Source: Bacteroidia bacterium
GTDB taxonomy: Bacteria; Bacteroidota; Bacteroidia; Cytophagales; Cyclobacteriaceae
Assembly: GCA_031401775.1 (NCBI GenBank)
Contig: JANNRV010000128.1
Coordinates: forward strand, 13,918-77,917
Reading direction: 5' to 3'
DNA: 64,000 bases
Part shown: piece by piece, positions 29,996-40,490 of the stretch
Layout: each line of letters starts with the position of its first letter
Numbering within the stretch: the first letter of the stretch is position 1
Translations under genes and position numbers: made by a program
The notes under the pieces: generated by a model
Seen by the model: the letters and a program-made list of their open reading frames with translations, nothing else
The model's database searches: none
Told to the model about the DNA's origin: nothing

Positions 29996-30545
29996 CTCAT
30001 TTAGAAACTATTTCAACGGAACTAAGTTCCTTCTTTAGTTTCATTAAACAAAGTAGATTTTTTAGTAACCGCACGAAAGAAACTTTCGCGCGAGAAATAG
30101 GTAAGAACTTCCGTGCCAGATTAGGGATGGCGTGGAAGTTACTTCCGTGTCTTCTAAAATAAATTCTACTCTCTTGCTCATTACTCCCCATTGATGGCGC
30201 GGAAGTTACTTCCGTGCCTTCCTAAATAAATTCTCCTCTCTTGCTCACTACTCTCCATCCTCGTTTAGAAAACTATTCAACGGAACTAAGTTCCTATTTA
30301 AATTTCATTGAACAAAGTAGATTTTTAGTAACCGCACGAAAGAAACTTTCGTGCGAGAAATGAGAACTTCCGTGCCTTCTTAAATAAATTCTCCTCTCTT
30401 GCTCATTACTCCTCATCCTCATTTAGAAAACTATACTACGGAACTAAGTTCCTATTTAAATTTCATTGAACAAAATAGGCTTTTGAGTAAGCGCACGAAA
30501 GAAACTTTCGCGCGAGAAATGAGAACTTCCGCGCCAGATTGGGGG
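29996..30545. repeat. Mosaic REP array (BIME/REPIN-like): three ~120-bp modules, three ~40-bp spacers, canonical, half and variant REPs
   Basis: Modules start at 29996, 30260 and 30418. REPs at 30129 and 30196. Variant hairpins CGCACGAAAGAAACTTTCGYGCG at 30070, 30333 and 30492. Confidence 0.85.
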
Positions 30546-30575
30546 CTTCGTCTATGAAGCGGTTAAAACAAATTG

Positions 30576-31523
30576 TTATGGGTGGTTATTTAATAAATGC
30601 AGCGAGTGACCAATTCCCTGGTATATTGCAATATTTTCACTAAAAAACACGTACTCATTTTTTGGAAGTTCTTCTATACTCTTAATCGTCTTTTTCATCT
30701 TATTGTAGACAAAGACATTATCATTAAAACTTATAAATAATCCTTTTTCGTAAGGATTGAAAAAACTAATTCTAAGAGGCTCTGATTTAATGATTTCAAG
30801 TCCTTTCCTACTTGAGAGCGTATATTCAACTATACTATTCTTTTTTGAATAGTATAAGTAAGAATCAGTTATTTGTAATAAATCTAGTACGTTACTGTCA
30901 ATTATCTCAGATTTACCAGAGGCCAAACAAAATAGTTTATTGTCCAAGCTACGTAAATAAATTTTATCCATATTCATTAACGTTTCTATTCCTAGGAATT
31001 CGCCCTTTGAATCATACTGTTGGCTAAATATTTCTTGCGATTTTCTTCCTCCTATTTTATAAACCAATACTTTATAGACATTTGAAGAAGTATTCAATGT
31101 TGTTATTATCAAAGAAGATTTATCACTCGAAACAGAAAAATTTCTTATCACATCATTACCCCCTACTTTGTAAACCTGCCTTCTTTCTTGTGTTGAAAGA
31201 GAATATTTAAGAATAGATTTCCCATTAGATAAAAAGAAAAAATCGCTCTCACCGGCCTTAATATCTATGAGATCAAGTATATAGGTCTCCAGATTTAATA
31301 CGAAACAAGAGTCCTTACGAATGTTATAAATTAATATCCTCCCCTCAATAAATTCATCGGCTTCCTTTGAATTAGGTTGGAAGTAAACAATATATCTTTC
31401 TTCTTTATCTACAAATAGAAACTTTCCTGTTTTTGCAATCTCTATTTGCCCGTATAAAGAATGACTGCAAATCATCAAGAGAATACAGATCGTTTTTTGA
31501 AGTATCACTTTTGTCATCCACAT
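30576..31523 (-). CDS. Putative immunity protein (secreted, beta-rich)
   Basis: AT-rich 315-aa ORF with a signal peptide, starting 9 bp after the Rhs stop codon. Confidence 0.6.
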   Translation of the reverse strand: MWMTKVILQKTICILLMICSHSLYGQIEIAKTGKFLFVDKEERYIVYFQPNSKEADEFIEGRILIYNIRKDSCFVLNLETYILDLIDIKAGESDFFFLSNGKSILKYSLSTQERRQVYKVGGNDVIRNFSVSSDKSSLIITTLNTSSNVYKVLVYKIGGRKSQEIFSQQYDSKGEFLGIETLMNMDKIYLRSLDNKLFCLASGKSEIIDSNVLDLLQITDSYLYYSKKNSIVEYTLSSRKGLEIIKSEPLRISFFNPYEKGLFISFNDNVFVYNKMKKTIKSIEELPKNEYVFFSENIAIYQGIGHSLHLLNNHP

Positions 31524-31532
31524 AATTCAATA

Positions 31533-34500
31533 TTAATCAATTGACCAATGTATATGTGTCTTATGTTGACTCTTAACCGTTTCTCTTGCTGTTTTTGTCG
31601 CTGCAGGAAGACTATCAGTAATATACTCTCCCCCACTTTTCTTCATAACATGAGGCCCGAAATTTTCCCTTCGTCCAGTTTGATTCTCAAACGCATTCTG
31701 TAACTCTTTAACCGCTTCAGTTGGGTTTTCAGTAATATTCTCTCCATTTACAGCTCCAATATCAACTGCCTTTGCTCCATTTGAATCATAGTGCCTACTA
31801 TCTGTACCATGAGTACCATTTGTAGTCGCTGTAATTAAAATTGATGTTATTGGGCTTACTTTGTGTGCTTCTTTCACAGCACCCTCTACTGCATCAACCA
31901 TGCCATTATCAACTTCGTTATCAGATGATGTCCCATCAGATGTATTTTGAAAAGTTACAGTCACTGTAGATTTATTGCCATCATTGTCCTCTACTTCTAT
32001 GTTGGTAAATTTCTTCTTATCATCGGTTGGTGGTGTCTGGGTTTGTTGGGGACAATCACCTTTCTCACATGGAGTAGTCCCTTCTACCACATCCTCAGCC
32101 ATCATTCCATCTGGGTCTATAAACCTGATAGGGTTATCATAAGCATAATTATACGGTGAATGTCTCCGCATCAAATCGGCAGCTGGGTCAATTGATAAAA
32201 ATCTCCCAATCGCAGGATCATATTGCCTTGCTATGTAATCATACCATCCTAAATCCAACTCATCTTGAATTTCAAAACCATTAAACTTGTATTGATTCGC
32301 TACTGAGTTTTCGCGATTGTAAGAGTTAAAAGTTAAACCGAAGGGATAATAGTCATCTGACTGCACCACAGGTGATTTAGTATGCGTCACCTTAAAGTCA
32401 TCAAAGTAAACTTCCACCGGAGTTGCGTTTTCGTTGCTGATCCAAATATAGGAATATCCGGCCTGGGCGATGACAATTTCCTGATCGGGTCTTATCCATT
32501 CAAAAGGTGTATCGTTTCCGTTTTCCAGTGCGGCTGTGGTGAGGCGCTTGTAGCCGCTCTTGCTCAGGACCACATTATAGTTGCGGTCAAACACCAGCCA
32601 GTTGAGGTAGGCCTTGGGTGCGGTGCCGGTCTCGCTGGTTTTGTTCAGCAGTCCGCCAAAAGGAACATTGGTGGCAGTGTTGGTGGCATAGCCTGCACCG
32701 TCTATGATCGTGCCACCCGTGGCGGTTCCCAGTGCAATGGTATTGATCCAACTGGCAAAGGCAGAAATATTGGTAGGGTTAGAGGCATCAAAGTACTTGA
32801 CAAACACTTCCAGTTGCAGTTTGTCGCCCGGCATAACGGAGAGTGATCGTGCGAGGCCAATCTTCTCGGTGGCCGAGCCGCTCAGGCGCTGTGAATATCC
32901 GGGGGTTACGGTAGGAGCTGTGCCGTTGGTGCGGTCAAAGATGTGGCTGTAAATTCTTCTCGCGTTATCATAATTCAGGAACTGCCCACGCTCGGTGGTG
33001 GCATTGGCATCCTCCAGTGTAGCTTTAGGCGCTTCCACTTCGTCTTTGGTGGTGAAGGTAGTACGCACATTGCCCAGGTGGTCTTTGAGGTGGTATTGGT
33101 ATTCGGTGGGCAGGGCGCTCGCTACATCCACTTCAATGAATGCTCCGTTGACGGGATCAATCTCGTAGAGTTCAATTTTGTTGGCATAGATAATATCGCC
33201 AATGGTTACAGGACTCCATAGTGCGCCTACTTTAAGCTGCGTTACATTTGAAGGTACGGTAAAATCAGCTGTCACCCAGGCTTCATTACCAGCTCCGGAA
33301 GGAATGATTTTAGTCAGCCAAACCAAATTACCCGCAACTTCAGCGTTGACATATACATAAGCCGGTGATGTAGTCCGGTATCCTTTGAACTTGTACTGAT
33401 AGTTTTTGCCCGGCTTCACAGTGATATAATTGGAAATGAAACCCGGAGTGCTCGTTGCCTGATTGGAAACTACTTTCAGATAGGTCTCCATTCCTTGTGT
33501 TTCATTGGTTATCGCTACCGATGCATTGGGTCCAAAACCTGCTGTTGTTGTTGCATCGCCATTAGGTACAAGCTGTGGTGACGGAACGATTTGTTTTCCG
33601 GCTGAACCTTTAGTGATGCGGCCTTCCTCATGATTCACAAATTGCAGCACATCATTTTCATAAATGTATTCTCCCGCATAGTCGGTTTTCTTAATGAGCG
33701 AATTGGCAGAGTTATACACCTGCTGACTCAGCTTCCTTCCCGTAGCATCGTAGATGTACTTCACATAGTCGCCTGTATTCTTCGTCACTTTGTCGGGCAG
33801 GTTCAAGTGATTATAGGTAATGGCGGTGATTACTTTGTTCTTATCTACTGTCATGTTGCCGTTGGCGTCATAGACATAGTCGGTAGAGGCAATGTTGCCG
33901 TCTACAAATCCTTTGGTGATATCGCCCCCATCGTTCACGGACTGCAACAGGTTGCCTGCACCGTTGCCTGTGCCATAGGTGTAGCTGAGCGCATCCATGG
34001 CGCTGCCGTTTATGCCTTTGCGGCTGAGCGATTGGATGTTACCGTTGAGGTCGTAGCTCAGATTATCTTCATGATAAGCTGTAGAAGCATTCCACGCGGT
34101 GGTCTTCTCCTTATGGTTGGCATTGAGCAGGCGGTTCATGGCATCATACCCAAACTTGTAGCCTCGTTCTTTAATATCGCCCAGACCTTGGTTGGCGCTG
34201 TAGCTGATGGAGGAAATGTTGCCGTTGAACTGCTCATCGCCTGTTGTGGTAAGGCCCGCAACGAGGTTGTTGTAATTCAAATTCATGCCGAACAGATCGC
34301 CCATATCATCATTGGTAGGGTCAACTGTCAATTGTCCATTGTTAATGGAGGTTAGCCATCCTCGTATGTTGTAGCGATAGTCAACCGATTGCTTGAAGCT
34401 GGTACCATCGGTGGAGTGAAGTTTCTTATCTATCAATTGGCCGAGTTCGTTGTATTCGTTTTGCGCCAGCAACACGGGTGTAGCGCCATTGATGCTGTGG

Positions 34501-37500
34501 AAGGTTTTTAATAAACGGCCGGTGTGGTCGTAGGTAAAGGTGCGGGCGATGGATGAAATTATCTTATTACTAAATGAGCCTCTTACATTAAGCAATGTGG
34601 CATTTGTGTTGTATAATGTTGCGTCAATCAATAATGCTGAAGTTGATGATTTCAGTGAAGTATGCAGTAAAAGACCATTCCAATAATACTTGATTACTCC
34701 ACCTTGCCTTTCAATTCTCATGATGTCCCCAATTTTGACATTGTTTGCATTAGCACTAGGATTAGATGGCTCATATATCGTCTTTATATAGTTGCCGTCC
34801 TCTCGAATGTAGTAATTAGTCTGTTGTTGATCGATTGCAAAATCAATACTTGCTTGAAGTTGGTCGGGGTCTGAATCTGATAATCCAATATATCTATTAA
34901 AAGTGGTCTCTGACATTGTTACCTCTACCCAGCCATTAACACCTGCTGGAAGAATTTCCAATGAAGACGCACCTGAGTTGCCCCAGGCTGTAACAGCTGT
35001 CTTAATTAATCCAGTAGAAGTCACACTCGCTCCAACTATATTCTGCCATGTGGGATTGCGATTAATCGTTACAGTCTTTGATTGCAATACTTTTCCGACA
35101 AAGTCATATAAATTGGTATTGATTTGCAATTCATTCCGATGCATTTCATTTATAGATTGAACTAAGCGGTATTTATCATCATAATAATTTATTGATTTAC
35201 TCCAATAGGGAATCGCCTCCATTATTCTAGTCTTTGTTCCTGTGACCTGGCCAATTACTCGTGTAAATTCTAAATACGGTTGTGTATACACAACTCCGTT
35301 TACCGTAACATTGGTGATTACGCCCGCGAGGTAATTGAAATCATTTCCCCAGTTGCTCTTAAAGGAATAGTTGTCGTAATAAGTTACGGCTAATATCTCG
35401 AATCCAGTTTGTACGAAATTAGTTGCATTGCTGAAAACTAAATTGGTATACCCATGATTAGCTGGGCTACCATCATAGCTCTCTGCAAATACCGTTGTAC
35501 TTATACGTGAATTCATCTCAGCCTGTGTTAGAAAAATGTTGTGCGTATAGATGCCAGAGATGATAGGCCTGTTAAGCACATCATATTTCGTAAAACTCCA
35601 CTTGTTTACCTTACGCTGTTCTCCATCCTGTGTAAGCACTAACCGATCACGGTTGTCATAGACCATGTATACCCACTCGGCACCGGGTACTTTTTTGGCG
35701 ATCATGCGCTTGCGGCCGTCATACTTGTATTGAAAGCCCCAGTTGTCGAGCGTGAAACGTTCTGGTGCTTTTGTATCAATGGGGTCACTCATCAAGGTCA
35801 TGCTAGTGGCTTTGGTACTTGTACAACTCCAGCGATATTTCCCTTCGGCTGCCACAGTTGCGTTCACGATGCGGTAGGTGTTTCCCGTAAGAGCATTAGC
35901 ATTGGAAGATGAAATGTCCAGCCACGTAACTCCATTGGGTTGCAGTTTTTCCCATTTGAGATTGGAGGTCTGCCCTCCTTTGGGGCGGGCGGTGAGAATG
36001 AAATCAACTCCGGTGGTTAAGGGTTGCGTGGGGGTATCATTGATGGTTTTCTGCGAAGCATAAGTAAAAGTTTTGATACCAACACCAATCAATGGCTCAA
36101 GCTGTGAGAAATCAAGTCTATTGCTACTCAGCCCCAAGACTAGGTTAATCTTATTGACATGAGCCGCAAAGTTGGGAACAGATGCAACTTCATTGTTATC
36201 AAATTGAATAGTTGTAATCACCGGCAATGAAAGAACTGACGTAGGCAAACTTGTAAATTTATTATAATCACCTCTGAAATAAGTTAACCGAGGGCAGCTG
36301 CTCAGCTCGGAAGGAAATGGCCCTGAAAAATTATTGCTTTGAATGCTTAACGAACTGAGTTTTGTCCAATTGCCGACAAAGGAAGGAAATGAACCACTTA
36401 GTTGATTGTTGTTTACATAAAATAAAGTAAGCTGGATAAGGTTGGTATACGTAGAGGGAATGGTTCCTGAGAACTTATTCGCACCGGCATAGAATTGAAC
36501 AAGTTTTGTAAGGCTACCCAACGAAGGGGGTAACTCTCCAGAAAGTTCATTTGTATAAATGACTAAGTAGAGGAGGTTAATCAGATTACCCAGACTACCA
36601 GGTATGGCACCACTTAGTTTGTTTGTGTTAAGATATAAACCTTGAAGTTTGGTAAGATTTCCCAACGATGAGGGAATCTCTCCCGTAAGCTGATTAGAGT
36701 CTACCCTAAAATAAAGGAGGTTATTTAAATTTCCCAGGCTGCCAGGAATGGTCCCAGTCAGACTGTTTGTAAAGAGATAGAGATATTGAAGTTTAATTAG
36801 ATTGCTCAATGAACTCGGGATTGATCCGGTTAATGTATTTGCATGTAGGTATAAATGAGTAAGATTAATAAGGCTACCTAATTCTGAAGGTATTGATCCA
36901 CTCAGTAAATTATTATTCAGGTACAGTTGGATCAATGTTGTTATATTTCCTAAGGAAGAAGGAATACTCCCCGTAAGCTGATTACTATTCAAACTCAACT
37001 GTGTAAGCGCAGTCAGGTTACCTATAAAGGATGGAATAGAACCATTTCTATTGGTTGTACTCATTTCCAAATAAGTCAGCAAAGTCAGATTCTGTATCCA
37101 AGATGGAATAGTGCCAGCATTAAAATTGTTAGTGCCAATACTAAAGGTTCTTAGTGCAACTAAAGAACCGAGGTTTGGAATATCCCCGGTTAAAAGATTG
37201 GTTGATAAGTAAAGATTCTGGAGTGCAGTCAGGTTATTAAGTGTTGATGGAATAGCTCCAGTCAATTTGTTACTATGAAGGTAGAGTGTGGTCAGGTTGG
37301 GCAAAGAACCAATACTGCCTGGGATTGCAGAGGCGATCAGGTTTCCCTGAAATGAAATAGTGTTAAGCTTTGATAGTGTACTGATTGTTTTTGGTATCTG
37401 CCCCGTGAGGTTATTGTTGTTGAGAGATAATCCTGTGATATCCCCATTGGTCACAACAACCCCATACCATGCATCCATCTGTGCTGCTGTGGCGGAAGCG

Positions 37501-40490
37501 GGCCAGGCTCCCGGCAAGGGCCATAGCGATTTATTAGTCCAGGTAGCTCCTCCAAGGCTATCATAAATATTTTTAAGAGCTGCCAACTCAATGTTATCGG
37601 AGACTAATCCTGCATCTGATGCAAGTACATTGAGTACGGTCGATGTTGCAATAGTGCATCCACTTGCATTTGTATAACGAACGCTTACTGTCTTTGCTCC
37701 CGATGTTGTCCAGGTTACTGTCGCGGTATTGCTTGTTGCATTGCCTCCGGCTGTAACCGTACCTCCGGCAGATACTGACCAGATATAATTGGTCATTGCC
37801 GCTTGAGTCGTATAGATATTGCCTGCTACGCCTACGTAAGGATTTACCGGGCCTGTGGTTAACGTGGGTACTGGTAAGGCATTCACCGTTACGGCTCGCA
37901 CGGTAGGTACTGCTGCTGTACACGTATTGGCATTGGTGTATCTAACACTTAAACTTTGTGCTCCGGCCGTTGTCCAGGTGATGGTAGCGGTGTTACTGGT
38001 CGTTGTGCCTCCTGCTGTGATCGTACCCCCTGTTACGGCCCACACGTAATTGGTCATGGCCGCTTCGGTGGTATACACATTTCCGGCTACTAAAACGCAA
38101 GCACTTACCGGGCCTGCGGTGAAGGTTGGGACGGGTAGTGCGTTGACAGTTACATTTCTAATTACCGGTATGGTCGCGATACACCCCAATGCATTTGTGT
38201 ATCGCACACTTATCGTCTGAGCGCCCGCTGTATTCCATGTAATGGTAGCCGTATTGCTTGTGGCATTTCCTCCGGCTGTAATCGTACCACCTGCCGAAAC
38301 CGTCCATGTATAATTTGTCATCCCAGCTTCCGTGGTATATACATTACCTGTGGAGGCAGCACATGCTGTAACGGCTCCTGCTGTAAACGTGGGAACAGGT
38401 AAGGCATTTACGGTAACATTTCTAACAGTCGGGGCAGTGGCTATACAACCACCGGCATTCGTATATCTTACACTTACTGTCTGCGCTCCGGCTGCGTTCC
38501 AGGTAATCGTTGCCGTATTACTAGTAGATGTTGCACCCGCAGCGATGATCCCTCCAGCCGATACCGTCCACACATAATTCGTCATCCCGGCTTCTGTAGT
38601 ATAGATATTTCCCGTTGAACCGATACACGCTGCTGTGGCACCTGCTGTAAAAGTAGATAGTGGTAATGCAACCACTGTAACATTGCGTACAACAGGCGCT
38701 GCTGCTGTGCAGCTATTACTATTTGTATATCGAACACTTACTGTCTGTGCTCCGGCTGAGTTCCAGGTGACGGTTGCTGTATTGCTGGTCGTGGTTCCTC
38801 CGGCAGTAATTGTCCCCCCGGCTGATACAATCCATACATAGTTGGTCATGCCTGCTTCTGTTGTATAGATATTACCAGTTGAGCCAATGCATGGCAAAGT
38901 AGGACCCGTTGTAAAGGTTGGAATCGGCAATGGGTTTACTGTTACATTTCTTACCGTAGGTGTTGCGGCAGCACAATTAGCAGCATTAGTATACCTCACG
39001 CTTATGGTCTGAGCTCCGGCAGTATTCCAGGTGACAGTCGCTGTGTTGGAAGCAGTAGTTCCTCCGGCAGTGATTGTACCTCCGGCCGATACCGTCCATA
39101 CATAATTCGTCATACCGGATTGTGTTGTATACACATGACCTGTTGAAGCGACACATGCAGTTGTGGAACCTGTCGTAAATGTTGGTGCTGGTGGCACATC
39201 GACTATGACGCTACGTACTATAGGCGCAACAGCACTACAACCACTCGCATTGGTATATCGTATGCTTACCGTTTGGGTTCCCACGCTATTCCAGGTCACT
39301 GTTACAGTATTACTTGTTGTAGTTCCTCCGGCAGTAATCGCACCGCCCGCAGATACAGCCCAAACATAATTGATCATTCCTGCTTCTGTTGTATAAACAT
39401 TGCCTGTCGATACTGAGCAAGCTGTTGTAACGCCTCCGGTAAAAGTTGGCACTGGCAATGCATTTACTGTGATGGATGGACTGCCTGTCATTGTCTGAGT
39501 ACAACCCGTAGTTGCGTTGGTAGCAACAACAGTATAAACACCAGCAGTTAACTGGCTCGCCCAGGTCAATAAGCCTCCTGTTCCTGCCAGTGCAGCGCCT
39601 GAATTAGTTCCTCCAATTTTAAGTTGATAGTTTACTCCTGTTTGCGAACCAGATAAGGTAACATTCAGGCCTGTGCCTGCACAGGTAGTACCCCCTCCTG
39701 CTACCGTAAAAAAAGTAGGTAATGGATTGTTAGTTACTGTTGTGCTTCCCGTCATTGTTTGAGCGCAACCGGTAGAAGCATTGGTTGCGGATACAGTGTA
39801 CGTTCCAGCTGTTGTTTGATTTGTCCAGGTCAGTACGCCACCTGTCCCGCCCACCGGTGCGCCAGCGTTACTTCCATTTATTCTTAATTGGTAATTAACA
39901 CCGGATTGAGAACCGGACAGCGTTACATTAGGCCCTGTTGAACCGGCACAAAACGCACCACCCCCTCCGACCGTATACTGAGTTGGCAAGGCATTCACAG
40001 TAACATATTTTATCCCGGAATATTCTATTGTCACAGGATTACATTCTTGGTGATTAGGGTAGATTGTTGTGCATTGCCATTCATATTCCGTTTGACACTC
40101 AGGAATTCTATCCGGCTCACAAACCTCGACCCCCACATTTCCGCATTCATCATACGGGGGATCATTTACCGTGACGCATTCAGTTGTTGTGGAGGAAGAA
40201 TAGGCTTGGACATAGTTAGTTGTATTGGCGTACCACTGTATGGTTACACTCGCGCTTGTTGAGGATCCTATGATCGTACCGCCCACCACCGTCCAGTTGG
40301 TAGACCCAATAGAAGAAGAATAGGTAGCTGTCGTACCGCTACAAACAGGGCTCGTGCCCGTAATGGTTATTGTTTGGCTGTAGGACTGGAAGGAGGTAAG
40401 GCCGGCAATAAATAAGAGGTAGACGATATATTTTTTCATTGCAGCTAATTTTCCGGTCTTGAGGTCAGATGCTAAATATGCGCTTCTCAT
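31533..40490 (-). CDS. Giant Rhs-core polymorphic toxin: signal peptide, Ig/PKD-like repeats, ~19 LRRs, YD/Rhs core, M15-like C-terminal tip
   Basis: 2985 aa from ATG 40490 (or 2968 aa from ATG 40439, MKKYIVYLL...). Rhs core signature ARQYDPAIGRFLSIDP...YAYDNPIRFIDPDG. Confidence 0.9.
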   Translation of the reverse strand: MRSAYLASDLKTGKLAAMKKYIVYLLFIAGLTSFQSYSQTITITGTSPVCSGTTATYSSSIGSTNWTVVGGTIIGSSTSASVTIQWYANTTNYVQAYSSSTTTECVTVNDPPYDECGNVGVEVCEPDRIPECQTEYEWQCTTIYPNHQECNPVTIEYSGIKYVTVNALPTQYTVGGGGAFCAGSTGPNVTLSGSQSGVNYQLRINGSNAGAPVGGTGGVLTWTNQTTAGTYTVSATNASTGCAQTMTGSTTVTNNPLPTFFTVAGGGTTCAGTGLNVTLSGSQTGVNYQLKIGGTNSGAALAGTGGLLTWASQLTAGVYTVVATNATTGCTQTMTGSPSITVNALPVPTFTGGVTTACSVSTGNVYTTEAGMINYVWAVSAGGAITAGGTTTSNTVTVTWNSVGTQTVSIRYTNASGCSAVAPIVRSVIVDVPPAPTFTTGSTTACVASTGHVYTTQSGMTNYVWTVSAGGTITAGGTTASNTATVTWNTAGAQTISVRYTNAANCAAATPTVRNVTVNPLPIPTFTTGPTLPCIGSTGNIYTTEAGMTNYVWIVSAGGTITAGGTTTSNTATVTWNSAGAQTVSVRYTNSNSCTAAAPVVRNVTVVALPLSTFTAGATAACIGSTGNIYTTEAGMTNYVWTVSAGGIIAAGATSTSNTATITWNAAGAQTVSVRYTNAGGCIATAPTVRNVTVNALPVPTFTAGAVTACAASTGNVYTTEAGMTNYTWTVSAGGTITAGGNATSNTATITWNTAGAQTISVRYTNALGCIATIPVIRNVTVNALPVPTFTAGPVSACVLVAGNVYTTEAAMTNYVWAVTGGTITAGGTTTSNTATITWTTAGAQSLSVRYTNANTCTAAVPTVRAVTVNALPVPTLTTGPVNPYVGVAGNIYTTQAAMTNYIWSVSAGGTVTAGGNATSNTATVTWTTSGAKTVSVRYTNASGCTIATSTVLNVLASDAGLVSDNIELAALKNIYDSLGGATWTNKSLWPLPGAWPASATAAQMDAWYGVVVTNGDITGLSLNNNNLTGQIPKTISTLSKLNTISFQGNLIASAIPGSIGSLPNLTTLYLHSNKLTGAIPSTLNNLTALQNLYLSTNLLTGDIPNLGSLVALRTFSIGTNNFNAGTIPSWIQNLTLLTYLEMSTTNRNGSIPSFIGNLTALTQLSLNSNQLTGSIPSSLGNITTLIQLYLNNNLLSGSIPSELGSLINLTHLYLHANTLTGSIPSSLSNLIKLQYLYLFTNSLTGTIPGSLGNLNNLLYFRVDSNQLTGEIPSSLGNLTKLQGLYLNTNKLSGAIPGSLGNLINLLYLVIYTNELSGELPPSLGSLTKLVQFYAGANKFSGTIPSTYTNLIQLTLFYVNNNQLSGSFPSFVGNWTKLSSLSIQSNNFSGPFPSELSSCPRLTYFRGDYNKFTSLPTSVLSLPVITTIQFDNNEVASVPNFAAHVNKINLVLGLSSNRLDFSQLEPLIGVGIKTFTYASQKTINDTPTQPLTTGVDFILTARPKGGQTSNLKWEKLQPNGVTWLDISSSNANALTGNTYRIVNATVAAEGKYRWSCTSTKATSMTLMSDPIDTKAPERFTLDNWGFQYKYDGRKRMIAKKVPGAEWVYMVYDNRDRLVLTQDGEQRKVNKWSFTKYDVLNRPIISGIYTHNIFLTQAEMNSRISTTVFAESYDGSPANHGYTNLVFSNATNFVQTGFEILAVTYYDNYSFKSNWGNDFNYLAGVITNVTVNGVVYTQPYLEFTRVIGQVTGTKTRIMEAIPYWSKSINYYDDKYRLVQSINEMHRNELQINTNLYDFVGKVLQSKTVTINRNPTWQNIVGASVTSTGLIKTAVTAWGNSGASSLEILPAGVNGWVEVTMSETTFNRYIGLSDSDPDQLQASIDFAIDQQQTNYYIREDGNYIKTIYEPSNPSANANNVKIGDIMRIERQGGVIKYYWNGLLLHTSLKSSTSALLIDATLYNTNATLLNVRGSFSNKIISSIARTFTYDHTGRLLKTFHSINGATPVLLAQNEYNELGQLIDKKLHSTDGTSFKQSVDYRYNIRGWLTSINNGQLTVDPTNDDMGDLFGMNLNYNNLVAGLTTTGDEQFNGNISSISYSANQGLGDIKERGYKFGYDAMNRLLNANHKEKTTAWNASTAYHEDNLSYDLNGNIQSLSRKGINGSAMDALSYTYGTGNGAGNLLQSVNDGGDITKGFVDGNIASTDYVYDANGNMTVDKNKVITAITYNHLNLPDKVTKNTGDYVKYIYDATGRKLSQQVYNSANSLIKKTDYAGEYIYENDVLQFVNHEEGRITKGSAGKQIVPSPQLVPNGDATTTAGFGPNASVAITNETQGMETYLKVVSNQATSTPGFISNYITVKPGKNYQYKFKGYRTTSPAYVYVNAEVAGNLVWLTKIIPSGAGNEAWVTADFTVPSNVTQLKVGALWSPVTIGDIIYANKIELYEIDPVNGAFIEVDVASALPTEYQYHLKDHLGNVRTTFTTKDEVEAPKATLEDANATTERGQFLNYDNARRIYSHIFDRTNGTAPTVTPGYSQRLSGSATEKIGLARSLSVMPGDKLQLEVFVKYFDASNPTNISAFASWINTIALGTATGGTIIDGAGYATNTATNVPFGGLLNKTSETGTAPKAYLNWLVFDRNYNVVLSKSGYKRLTTAALENGNDTPFEWIRPDQEIVIAQAGYSYIWISNENATPVEVYFDDFKVTHTKSPVVQSDDYYPFGLTFNSYNRENSVANQYKFNGFEIQDELDLGWYDYIARQYDPAIGRFLSIDPAADLMRRHSPYNYAYDNPIRFIDPDGMMAEDVVEGTTPCEKGDCPQQTQTPPTDDKKKFTNIEVEDNDGNKSTVTVTFQNTSDGTSSDNEVDNGMVDAVEGAVKEAHKVSPITSILITATTNGTHGTDSRHYDSNGAKAVDIGAVNGENITENPTEAVKELQNAFENQTGRRENFGPHVMKKSGGEYITDSLPAATKTARETVKSQHKTHIHWSID
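37617..39458 (-). repeat. Seven tandem ~264-bp (88-aa) PKD/Ig-like coding repeats
   Basis: Unit LPVPTFTxG..C..STGNxYTTEAGMTNYxWxVSAGGTITAGG...TWNxAGAQTVSVRYTN..C. Two repeats of a second type lie at 39459-39989. Confidence 0.9.

Noticed and set aside
29996-30545. CRISPR array
   Set aside because: The intervening segments are themselves repeated, and the palindromes match the REPs beside the RAYT.
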